A stretch of DNA of 64,000 nucleotides from Auanema rhodensis (taxonomy: Eukaryota; Animalia; Nematoda): positions 14,570,001 to 14,634,000 of the forward strand of contig OZ059898.1 in assembly GCA_964057225.1 (NCBI GenBank), in the 5' to 3' direction. The translations under genes were made by a program, and so were the position numbers. Below, in pieces: positions 1 through 14,567 of the stretch; position 1 is the first letter of the stretch, and each line of letters begins with the position of its first letter. The notes under the pieces were generated by a model. That model made no database searches. It saw nothing but the letters and a program-made list of their open reading frames with translations, and was not told where the DNA came from.

Positions 1-1257
1 TCAATTTTTATTTTGTTTGCAATGATTTTATTGGCAATCTCTCAATTTCTTAGACCAATTCTTCAAGTTTTCTTCTCTTTCTTTTGAAAAAAAATTGTCT
101 TTGGGACATGCTAAATAAATTTATTTTTTTAAAAGCAGAATTATTTCCTACGTAGTCTGGAAAGTTAGAAAAAAATCTTTTCTCTTGAAAAATAGCCAAA
201 TAAGACAAAAAAATAAAGAGAAATAGAAAGGGTTCGATGCCTATCTTTAGATATTTTGTATTGTATAATTAAGCTGGTTCAGGAAAATGGCTAGTTCTAT
301 TCCGGATCACGCACATCCCTTCTATCTTGTTGTCACTCAGCATTTTTCGTTCCAAGCAAGAACACTACTATACATATGCATTAGAAGTTTGCATTAAAAT
401 TTCCTTTTTCAGCTAATTTGCTCCGAAACACATATTTAAGGAAAAGCTTGATTTAGTATTGTTTCGCATCATCTACTGCCGTACCTCATATACTGCTACG
501 AAATACTTAATTAAACTTTTGTGAAATGATGCTGTATGCTCTTTGATGAACTCTTTTTGAATTTAGTGAATAGAAATAGAATCCGGATGGGTGTTCCCAA
601 TACAATTGCGAAGATCAAAGACAGCTGCTAAAGTCTGGATCAAACGAGGAGGGAAGTGGAAGAAGAAGAAGACGGGAAAGTGAGGACAAGAATGAGATGA
701 AGAGGGGATGAGATGAGTGAGATGAAGACGAACAGTTCAAGAATATAGAGAGATAAGACTATGAAAGTCAGAGAGACGATAGCAAAGCAAGATTGGAGAC
801 AATTTGTGCTGAAAGTAAGGTCACAGAACAACAGAGAAGTGATACGATAGAGATTCGCATAGAGAAATACTTCACAATTTGAAAATATAAGAGAATGAGA
901 AACATAAATGTTGAAAAAGTGAGAGATAAAGAGTAGGGGGAACTGGGATTCTTTACCTGAAGCTTTGTCAGTGAATCTGGCCTCTCACCCCCTCCTCCCC
1001 CCCGGCTTCCCGGCATGTCGCCTTGCCGTTTCCTGCTCCCCTCAACTCACCTCTCCCACATTCACACTATTGGGGCTCTCTCTCCTTTTCTCCTCCTTTT
1101 CTCTCTATATCACCACCTTCTTTCGTTCCATTCAAACTTGTCTATACTGGCTATCTATCCATATCACCTAATCCTTCCTCTCTTATTGAAACCACATTAC
1201 TATCTCTTTCAATTTTCTCTTTCTTTGCATTCTCTTCAAAGCCTATTATCATCAACG

Positions 1258-1292
<35 letters not shown>
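1258..1292. repeat. (TCA)n microsatellite
   Basis: About 11 perfect TCA units read directly; produces spurious poly-S/poly-I ORFs. Confidence 0.95.
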
Positions 1293-1294
<2 letters not shown>

Positions 1295-1958
1295 CAGATG
1301 AAGTGAATTTTTGAACAATTGTTCAATCAATATGTATTGAAGGTTGCTTGACTAGCTGGCAAGTCAGTCACTCTGGCAGGTTACTCTTAGTCACAAAGTT
1401 TGATGATAAGGTACTACATGCCACAATGCAGCCATGCATCCTCCATAATCTCAAACATCCTCTATCTCTTTCATATTCTCTTTTTCTATAATTTTTAGTC
1501 TTTCTTTCTCTTTTCTCTATCTCTCTACAGCTGATTTTCAAGCAATACAGTTACAACATTTTGAACTTCAATCTTCAATATAAGCCCAAAATTATGTAAA
1601 AAATTAGATCAAAGTTAAAATCATTTTTGTGGCCATTGTGTATTGGCAATCTAGAGGTGCTGGTCTTCAACACCAGCTCGTCTTGGCCCACAACAGATAT
1701 ATCAAGCCAACATTGCTGACGTCAATTATGACGAGTGAAGATGAGCTAAACGGACTGGCAGAAGTAAGGATTAGCGAAAGCCCAGGAGGAAGATGTGAAT
1801 GATGACAGTGAGTCGGAAAAAAAGGTTACAATGATGAAAACGGTCAGAAAAAGCCGGAACTTGTGGTCTAATTATTGTTCAGAGGTGAGAATAGGCGGGG
1901 CTCTGATAGAATGATGCTCATGACACTTGTAGTATTCTCATATGTGGATTAGTAATAC

Positions 1959-1994
1959 AGATAGATAGAGAGAGATAGATAGATAGATAGATAA

Positions 1995-2039
<45 letters not shown>
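1959..2039. repeat. (AGAT)n/(AG)n compound microsatellite
   Basis: Read directly. Confidence 0.95.
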
Positions 2040-2041
<2 letters not shown>

Positions 2042-4135
2042 AGAAGCCAAAGATGAATATGATGCAATGAAGCTTTATGTGTTATTATATAAAACAAATT
2101 ATAATGAAATAGAAGATTATACTTTGCTATCTTAAAATTGAAATATGAAGATTGTGTCCTTAAGAGCTTGTGAAAAATAAATTTTTGACTAAAAATAAAA
2201 GAAAAATCTGGTAAAAGTAGAAGAAAACAAAGAAAAAAAACACTTAAAACGAAAGATATTCTTGTAGCATTTTACGTTAGTTACGATAATAAAAACGAGT
2301 TTAATGAGAGAAAATATTGTAAAATGAGAGAGGTTAACAAAGTTTTTGTCATTGAAATTACAATAAATAATATGAAAATAGATATAGATATATAATATTT
2401 AATTATATAATTTTACAAAATTAATATATGGAAATGAATATATGGCTAAATACTCATCAGATTGACAACAAGCTGACTCGTGAATGACATTTTGAGAGAA
2501 AGATCTGCCAAATTCAGTGATTGACGATGACTCTAGACAAGGAGCAACACATATTATAATCCAAAGACCAGCTTTCATATAATAAAAAAAGATATAATAA
2601 AAGAAAAATTATTAAAAATAAAATAAAAAATTCAAATAAATGGATAGTAAGTTTTGAAACAAGTTGTAAGTTTGAAGAGATAGAGAAGGGACTGAAATGA
2701 TCCTATAAACTTGAATGTACAGCCTTTTTTGAATTTTTCAAATATTATGAGACGATTGAAATTCCCATATAGTGATATATACATTCTCTCTCTCTCCACC
2801 TCACTCCCTCTTTCTCTCTCTCTCTCTCTCACTCTGCGCCCCGTCCCTCATCTCGTTCTTTTTTACATCTTCTACAGGCCAGCGATGTGATGGCCATGAA
2901 AGACTTCCACATCGATGACGAGGATTCCAAGTTTATAGAAGATCGAAAAGGATGGTGATAGAAGGGGGGGGGAGTAAGCTGAGGAGGAAGAGCATCATGT
3001 GGTCTGGTTGTCTCTTGTTCAATTCTCCCTCTTTTACATTCGTTTTCTCTCTATATCTCTGAAGTTTATGGTTTCTCTTAGGCATTTCCTTGATCCAAAA
3101 TAACATTTATTTCCAAAAAAAAATGAATTCAACATATGAAAATATTATTTTTTAAAGAAAATAAATTATTTTGAACTTTTATTTAAGCTGCTTTGTTATG
3201 GATTAGTACTATATGAGACTTTTATTAGTACTAATACATATAATACCTTATACTATATGATATAGTTAGGAAAAAGTACGAGAAAAGTGAAATTCTTATA
3301 TGAAAACATGTAACAAACTATCATATTTTTTATAAAAATAATTTATTTTTAATTAAATTCTTCAAGTTTTCAAGTTTTCAAAATAAAAACTTTCCAATTG
3401 GATATAAAAGTATAGACTGTTGCTGGAAAGTAGGTGGCATGAGACGATCAAAAAATGAATTTATTGTCTTAAAAATGGAAATATACTTCAATTCAACTAA
3501 TAGAAAATAATAGTTAAAATTGAAAATAACTATAAACAAAGTTATAAAGTTGAGCTGGATGACCAATAAACATGTGAAAGATTGTACGACATGATCACTC
3601 AGTTTTGTGGCTTCAAAGTCAAATGTATTTCGAGATAAGATGGCATGGATATAGCATTTTGAAGAAAATGATTGCCTGAAGTTCAAACAGAACGTTGAGC
3701 TATATGAATATGAAGACATTGAAGGCAAATGAAGATCTTAGACATTGCACGGCAACTAAACCCCTTCCTCCCTCTCCCTCTCTCCCTCTCTCTCCCTTTT
3801 CTGCCGTATCTTCGTATTTCTTTGTGATTCACTCGGATTCCAGACAGATAAAACAAGAGGAAAGACAAAAATTTGAACGGAAATAGATTTCTTGATGAAA
3901 CGACAAGGGCAGAAGCAAAAGAGCAAATGTCTTGTTCCGTTTAGTGTCATCGGTATTCGGATTGAGGATCAGAAAACAAGATAGAGACGGCCTTCAAGAA
4001 ATTACTGGGCATCGAGTTGATCATTGTAAGCTTGATTTTGAACAATGGATCTTGGAGCCACACAAGCTTAAAGATTGGAGCTTGATGTCGTTTGTTGTTA
4101 TTCAAGCTTTTATGGCACGAAAAACGGGAAAAATG

Positions 4136-4141
<6 letters not shown>

Positions 4142-4177
<36 letters not shown>
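4142..4177. repeat. (AG)n microsatellite
   Basis: Read directly. Confidence 0.95.
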
Positions 4178-4180
<3 letters not shown>

Positions 4181-7100
4181 TTTCTATCTTAGCTAATTCA
4201 ATGTGTTTCATATAATTTACTAATGAACAACTTCAAAAAAATTATCACAGAACTAATAACAATAAGTTTTCTGAGGACAGATAACGTCAATGAGACGTCG
4301 AAGTGCGATGATGAGATAGGCAGATCAAATATCATAAACAAAACAAAGACAACGAGAAAATAAGACAAATCTATTTATAAAAATTATCTTCAGTGTCAGA
4401 TATGTATCAGATGTCATCTGACGTAGTGTTTTTTTAATTCATTACGTCACAATTTGCTTGTTTCTATTGCCCTTCTTCCATCACACATCTAAACCACCAC
4501 CCTCCCCTCTTCGCACATACTCCCCCTCTCACTTTTTCTCTATCTTAATCTCTTTCTCTCTCCTTATCTTACTCTCGTAATTTGAAACAGCTGAAAGTAT
4601 GAGCGGTCAGATTTAACTCAGGTTAGTTGCAGAAACATATCTAATTATTAAAGTCTTTTTCAATTTTCATAATTTTCAATATTATTTAATATTTCTGCAT
4701 GAAAATTTGAGAAAAAACACGACAATTTGGTTTTGAATCATAATGATCAAAATGTTTTTTTTTGTATTTCACATCAAACAGTAGTAAATAATATTCAGAA
4801 TACTGAACAACATCATGATGTGAGGACTGATACATGTATATACCAGAAGATGCTACAGCCATCAGGAGCGTTTACTGAGACAGAACAAGAGCAATAAAGT
4901 AGAATTAAAAGCTTCAACTATTAGCATTCTTTGAGTAAAGTTGTCTTTTAAGCTTATTTATTAGTCGAAATTTTAAAAGAGAAGCCTAATAAGCATTTCG
5001 GAAGAAAAGTTGTAAAGTGAATGGAAAGTAGAAGAGCAATTTGCATAACACAGAGGCGATCATGTTTGCCGACGACATCGACGATGCCTATGACGACAAC
5101 GATAACTAGGACAAAGAGGATGAAAATGGTGATGTTTCACATGAGATCCTAATGAAAAAACATAAATTGACCAGCACAAAGAGTATAATATTGTCAAATG
5201 AATATCTCCATTTTAGATGAAAACTCATTGTTTTTCGTTTGTAAAATAAGGAAACAAAAAAATTTAAAGAGGGTCAATTGAAAGAGATGAGAGAATGAGA
5301 GAGAATTATAAAATAGAATCTTCCTAACTCCCTCTCGTTGTCTTTCTTCTTTTTTTCTTCTCTAGTATCCTCCCTCGATTCCTCCCCCCTCTCTCTCAGA
5401 AGATTCCTTTGAAGCACACGCCAACACATCCAGATTCGGTTGAGAAGCTCACCAAAGAAAACAAAACAGATGTTAAACAGAGCACGCACTGCCTAAGGGA
5501 TGGAGCAAAAGGAGACAAGAGTGAATATTAAAAAATTAGAGAGAGAGTACCAAAACAGAGAGATAGAACGAGAGAATAAGAGCAAGTAAATTAGACAAAG
5601 TAGGCAATTCAGAAAAGACGAAAGTGAAATTCACGAAAATTGTCCAATACTGAGCACAAAATGGCTGAAGACTACGAGAAGAAAAAAATGCGAAACAACC
5701 ATGTGTGAAAGATGCCGTCAATTGGTGCTTGTCTTCAAGCTAATTGTCTAGTAGCAATGCTTTCATTCAGGCCTTGCCTTAAAGGAATAAAAGAAGACAC
5801 ACTCACAATGTAATTTCTATCATACATTTGAAAAGAGGATTGAGGGAGTAGGAGGAGCAGAATTGAAACAATCATCATCGTGCCAGCATTTAAAAAATGT
5901 TTTTTGCCCTCTCTACCACATCTTTCACACGTGTGCTGCTCAATTTAGCTAATATGCAGCAATAGCTAAACTGCTTGACCCAACAGCAGCCTAATCAAGA
6001 ATGAATTCAATTGAAATTCTAATTTTCTTTTTCGTCTCCTTCTCCATCTTGTTCTTCTCCTTCTCTTATATGATTTAACACTTCACGAAATTAGCATATT
6101 CATTTGGGAGGCGCGCGTGTAAATTCACGTCAGAAGCAAATTTATTTCAAATTTTGCAAATAATGTGAACGGTTGTTGTTATTAAATCAGTTAAAACTTT
6201 CTTATTTTACTGTTATGTAACAAATTTGGGAAGTGTAAGTAAAAAAAATTTCAATATCATTGTCAATAGTAAAAGTTGAAAGTTGAAATATCAAAAAATC
6301 AATAAAATTAATACTAAAGCATATGTCAAGTTATATGTAAAGATAATTATGTGAAAATAGAGGTAGAAAATAGAATATATTTGTTATAATACATGGTTCG
6401 ATTGTTATTTATGAGCTCTTTCGTAAGATGTTTGGGTATTCATAAGTAATGTTGTCAGAAATATGTATATTTATATGTAAATTCAGCTATTTATTGTCAC
6501 CACTATTCAAATATGTAAAGTTTCTTTAACATTATATCAAAGAATATATATATATATATATACCTCATGATGTTTATCAGATTTATAATAAAACAAATTT
6601 ATTGAAATAGTACTTTTTCAACTCTTTCTCTCTCTTTAAAAAAAGAAAAGAAGAAAAATCGGAAAACAACGAGCTGGAGTTAGCTCCTATTCATAGAAAC
6701 TGCTGGATCGTGTTTGAATTGAAATAGAAACCTCGACCAGATATCTAGAACGAACAGACTATGATCGAAATGGTGGCAAGATGAACGAACATGCCATCCG
6801 ACATTGTTCATAGAAGGAGGTGGAACGAGAACATGGAAGAGAGGCTGGAGGCGAGAGGATACTCCTCTGAGCTATGTGTTAATGTATCCGGTGATGTGTC
6901 CCAGAACAAAGCTTTGTACTTGTGCAATAATATCAGAATCAACTATATATATTCACGTCACACTCACATGTAACTTAGACATCATAATCTATCAGGAAGT
7001 AATTGGGACGGAAAGAATAATTTGTATGTTTCAAATAGTATACATATATATTAAAAGCAAATGAAGAAACTATAATATCTACGACTTCTTTAAGAGAACC

Positions 7101-10100
7101 GAAACTGTGGATTGGGTTGGAGGAAGTAAATTTCTTCTCTTCTTCTCTCCTAATGATACCTTATCTTCAGAGAGAACGTTTTCAACCAAAAAAATGTCTG
7201 CGCTTAATTGCAAAACAGCTTCCCACGAATGAAAGCAAAAAAACTTGAAAAACCGCAAAAATGCCGGGGCAGCAAATGTAGATAAATGACTTGAGGAGCA
7301 GGTTGCTCTCAAACAAATCATACAATATATCAATTGAACTGATGAAGCGAACCAGAAGAAAATGTAAAAGTCTTGTCTTGAGCCAATCGGCAATCCAAAA
7401 ACCTACCTAGACACAAGGATTAAGATTAATTAGCCAGTATAACAGCTTATCACACACACACAGACATACACACTCTGGCATACACATGCACACTCAGGAA
7501 CATTCCCAACCTCTCAACCAACTCATTGATGGGGTAAAGCCTGTTCTGAACACGTTTGAATAGCTCTTCTTATTACAGAACATACTCTTATGTTTCCATA
7601 TATGGAGTACAACTAAAGATTAAGACGGAAACATTAACACAGGGTCAGAACGTGGGATGTGTCAGCACGTGGCTAAGCTTCAAACAAAAGAAAACATTCC
7701 ACATACTTTTGTTCTCAAGTACTTTGCAGTTGATTTGATGATGATGATCAATCAATCTAGATAAGATCTCCGAAAAAAGATGCAATGTTCGTAATTTCGA
7801 AAAAATGCTCTCAGACGTCCTGTGAGCAAGTCCAGAATCATGTAATATCAGATTAGACAAGTTAAAATCAAATCCGAAAAAAAATGATCGATAATCGATC
7901 CTCTACTATCGTTTCAGCATTCTCAGCTAAACATGTTGATAGTCAGATCTCAATGAAAAAAATAATTTGTATCAGGCAGCATAGACTAACAGACTCGAAT
8001 TCTTGCTGTATTGCATATTCTATCAGCTACGTGCACATTGAAATAGTTTCTAACGAACATATCGTGGTAATCTGAGCCGTGAATGACCTCACAGGCGTTG
8101 TCACCTCTGGCAAATACAAACGTGGTGGTCAAGCTTTAGGGCAATTCCAAAATTATCATTAAATCAAGACTAGTTTGCTTGACCGACGTCAGACGATAAA
8201 GACAGAGACACAATAAGATTGTGATAGACAATGAAGAAAATTGTTCTAGAACAAATAGTTTAAAGAATTCGCAACTCAAAAGAAGTAGGAAGATTGTGGA
8301 ATGAATACGATATGTAGATCAAAGCTGGAATTCCTAATAAGGACACAATATTTCGGAGGCAAAGCTAGTTCGAAGCTTTGAGAGGCAAAACGACGAGAAA
8401 AAGTCGAAGAAGTGTATGATGTGGAATGGAGAGAGCATAATTGATAATAGAGTGATGGGGCTGGGCAAAAGCTGGCAGCCGGGTGAACGGAGAGGCTCTA
8501 GGAGAAGCACAACTGTCGCCACGCGGCGCCCGGATGGACATCGAGAGCTCAGAGCAACACTAACTCCCCTTGAAGCAGGGGGCAATAGCATACACACAGC
8601 AGTGAGCAGCTAAGAGAACAAAGACAACCCGTTGCGAAATGCTGATTTGTCTAAAGTTTTGGAAAAAAAAGTAAACAAATTGATATGTAAGGTGTATTCC
8701 AAGAACTTACGTAATTTGGAAATTAGCGCCGGAAATAAATGACAATATGCTAATTAGATGACGGTTGAACGATTGGAGCTTATTTCCAGCGCAGTTTTCG
8801 CCTCGATCGGTTGTTTATTTATGAAGAAAATGACGCATTTAACTCATGTCTGATGATATATTTCCCATTTTGGAAAATATGAAAGATTAGAAGAAAAATA
8901 AAATAAATCAAATAATCATTGAATACATTAGAATTAATAGAAAAAATAAAATTAAAAATTCATTATTTCCTGTAGTACATTTATTGAGAAGAAAGGCTGC
9001 TTCATCTTAATTTTATGTCCTATTTTCGTGTATATGAATCTAATAGACCTTGCTCTTCAGAAACGAAAAAGTGCTTCACGGAATCGAAATTTTGGTGTTC
9101 CCAGAATGTTCTGAATCCATCAAACGATTGAAGATTAGATTGTAGCTGATGAATGAAAGTCTCAATCATTCATATTCTACAATGAAAATATGAAATATTT
9201 AAAATTCATTTATTTAAAGATAATGAGCTGTTTTTTTCGCAACAAACAAGACAAAATCTGAGTCAAAATAAATGTCACATCCCGTCTGGTTATGATTGAG
9301 AAGTAAGTTTTCATCTGCACGATATTATCTTGTCATTTCTATTTCACCGTTTTTGCCTATTAGTGTGTTTATGTTAATTTACAACGAAGACTTCAGAATC
9401 TCTTCACTTTTCACCATCTCGTTTCCTCTCTCTTTCTTTTCTTCTCGGTCTCTCGGTAATTCTCTATTTTTCAATTTCCCTCTCAACGTCACTCTTTCAG
9501 CTGTGCCCTATCATTCTTTTTCTCTATATCTCTAATCCTCCCATTCTTCTAATATTGATATCAGTAATCACTGTTATCGCTTTCCACCTCCTTACACTCT
9601 TTACGTCCAGAAATTGACCGCTGGTCATTCATTCGTCTACTCTTTTCATCTTCTTATCAACTTAGCTCTCTATTTTCACGCCAACCTAATCCTCACTTCA
9701 GCTTAGTTACTTAGACCAGGTGGTATGAAGTAAAAAAAACTAAAAAGTCTTCAAAAGAATATGGAGAAAGGGAAGAAAATATATCCACAAAGCTCTATGA
9801 GCCTACAACTCCTAACTTCCTCGTGTTTTGTCTACCAGGGGCAGTCAAAAACTGGTAAAGATAATTGAGAATAACAAATTGCCTCACAAGAGACTCGTTT
9901 TAAGAACATTAAAAAATTACAGCCACTGAACAGGCTGACTTTCTTTCCATTCCTGTGCTTTTTCTGCTGGCCAATCGTTTTAACCTTGCAGATCCATTCC
10001 ATTCGAGTGAAATATTACGCTGTAGTCTGTCGGGTTTGACTCGTCAGCCATCGGCTATCCAACATCAACATCCCACTATCCCCTTCTCATAGATTATCAT

Positions 10101-10376
10101 TTGGATTCATTAAAGCACTGACAACATAAGATAGCTAGATCAACAAATCAACATTGCGATTCATTATTCTATCATTCATTTACATTTATAAACTTACACA
10201 TTACAATAAGCTTGTATTTAAAAATATAGAGAGAACGAAATAAAAAGGTAAAGCTGGTGAAACCGTAAAAAACTAATACTTATTCAACTCATCATTCATC
10301 AATTAGGACTAGAAATTAGTATTTGACTATGCATAAAAGCAGCATTTTCACTAGACTATAGTTGTATAAGCTCGCA

Positions 10377-11967
<1,591 letters not shown>

Positions 11968-12229
11968 TTCCCCTAGAATAATTACATTTCAAAAAGAAAT
12001 CGGCAATTCTTACACAGATATTGAATCGATAATCAAATTCAAAAAATTAAAAAAAAAACATTAAAAACTACGCTTCATCAGTTAGAATAATAAGTAACAA
12101 CATGACTAGACATGGAAAATAAAGCCAACATATGTGATCTAACCCTGCAAAGATTGAGAATGGCAACGTAAGAAAAAACAAGTAACATATAATAACTATA
12201 ACTATCTACACATTAACAGTTCTTCTATT

Positions 12230-14366
12230 CTAGTTTTGACTAGATTTCTTTAACAACAATGGAGTGCACAATCTAATGGCGAATGCGCCAATTGGTGCAG
12301 TTGTTATAATACTTAGTACGGCTACTGTGAACAGGATTATTCCGTTATCCGTGTACACAGCAGGCAGATCTGATCTCGATCTAGCAATATCAAGTGCCAG
12401 AGGAGCTAATGCAGCCTATAAACAAAACTTTACAAGCATGATCTCATTGTATAATTAATACTTGTACTGTAGCTTTGGGAAGCCAAGCTATAGCTACAAA
12501 AAGTTGTTCCTTTTTGTTGAGTCCTGCAGAGTAAACAGACAGGAAAGAAACAGTAGCACGGACTGTGAGACCGAGAGCCAGAACAAGCAGGCCCCAACCA
12601 ACGATGGACCAGCTTACCTATAAACATGAACATCTGATTTCAACCCTTCTGCTAAAACAAAATTTACCATATCGAATGTGAGCTCGAAACCAATTAAACC
12701 AAACAAACAAGGCTCAAAGAACAGATTCCATAATAAAGCCAGATGATCTTCCATCGGTAAATGTCCTTCTTCTTTCCAAAATGACCCAGCTACAAACGCC
12801 ATAACCAGAACTGTAAGTTCACGTAAAAATAGAATATTTTGATCAGTGGTCAAAGTTATTTCACATATTCATGAACTGGTGAGCGGTTGCAAAACGAATC
12901 AATTGTAGATAAAATAATAAAAATGAAATTTATAGAACAAGAAGTAACAATTTGGAAGTAGAAGGAAAAGAACATACCTGCGATAGCACCAATAGCATCC
13001 ACCTTTAGAGCAATGGTTCCGAATAACCAAGCAAGAGACATGGTGAACAGTAAAGCAAACCTTATCATATTTTTATTTTTCAAGCTTTTATGTGGAAAGT
13101 AACAAAGTATTATTCCTAAATTCATTTATATAGTTGAATTAACAAGTGAAACTGCTAACCACATAATACTCCGAATAATACACCACTGATTACTTCAACA
13201 GGAGCGCGAATAACTGTTAGCCAAATATTATCACCTACAGGAATACCGGTGAGTTGAAGCTTATTATTTAGATCTCTCAAATACCTGTAGCGAACAAAAT
13301 GGAAAGCATAATACTGAACATGGTAATAGCATAGACATCGTCTAAACTAGCAGCAGCAACTACGAGTGAAGGAATTCCTACATCTACGCCGTATCCTGAG
13401 TACAATGATATAAGTGATTCGAAGCATATGGATTAAAACCATTGCTACGAGCTTCAACCATTGTTGGGACAACTACGGCCGGTGATACAGCAGCTAATAC
13501 AAACCCCAGTGTAAATCCGAATACAAGATCCATTCCGAATAAAAATTTACTGGCAATGGCAACCACAACTGCCTCAAAGGTACAGGGTAAGAAGCATAAA
13601 CGCATACAAGCACCCTAAACACAAATGATACAATCAAATCAACAAGCATGTGCTAGTTAAGGTTACCTTCAACTTCTTCAAAGCTTTTCCATCTAAAGAT
13701 AATCCACCCCGCAAAAGAATCACTACGAAGGCTGTACGACGAAGAACGACACCTAAAAACGCTTAAATCATAAAGGTTTATGCTAATTAACCCCACTCCA
13801 TGCAGGAAAAACGAAGAGCGATTCATCAAAAGCATTACGAAGACCAATTCCAACTATGAGAATCCCTGAAAACCCAAGTAAATTTGAAGTTTTGATTTTA
13901 AAAAAAAACCTAATAGGCCAGGTAAACGACATTTTTGGGCTAAGAAGCCACAAACAATACCGCAAATTACAATAAACAAAAGTGAAAAAGTAGAAGCAGC
14001 GAATAACTCAGTTGCATTGTTTATAGCAGTGTCATTGGAATGACTTTCGTTTAATGGCGCAAGGAAATGTTTATGAAACACAGATATATAAACCAAATAA
14101 ATAGATAAAGATGTGATCAAAAATGAGATACAAGCATTAATCTGAAAGCAAGCAGCAAGGTTATAATGCCGAACTCCAAAACTACTTACTTCACCACTTG
14201 GAGTGATTTTGTCTAAGAAAGTCAACTTGTTGTTACGTTGATTTTCTGGTTCAACCACTAAGAAAGGTTCAGTTTGAATCTAGAACAAGAAATAACTTTG
14301 TTCCAAAATATGAAAAACCTTTGTATCCTGAGAATCAATCTCATCACAAACCACTCCAATGGTCAT
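12230..14366 (-). CDS. SLC9B/NHA-type (CPA2) Na+/H+ antiporter, multi-exon
   Basis: LPGLLG.LIVGIGLRN, GFVLAAVSPAVVVPTM, GIPSLVVAAASLDDVYAIT (NHA DD motif), LWNLFFEPCLFGLIG, AWLPKATVQAALAP, ITTAPIGAFAI; ATG at 14366 directly after ctttag acceptor; stop at 12230. Confidence 0.9.
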
Positions 14367-14567
14367 CTAAAGTTTGTGTGTAAAATGTATTATGATTGAT
14401 TGTTCAAAGCATTTTTATAAGGAAATCCATTTCACGATGAAGTAAGACAGATAATTCACGATTCTTTAGTCAAGGATTGCATGGAAAATTGGAACAGTTA
14501 TTAACAATGAAAAATATAAGACGTAATTCGACCCGCAAAGATAACAATCTAAAAGTCAGTAACCAAA

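Noticed and set aside
640-5721. Short ORFs rich in S/L/F or ER repeats
   Set aside because: Translations of AG/CT/TCA microsatellite sequence with no splice-consistent gene model
6774-6797. miR-31/72/73-like TGGCAAGATG
   Set aside because: Only the first 10 nt match and the surrounding hairpin is too short for a pre-miRNA
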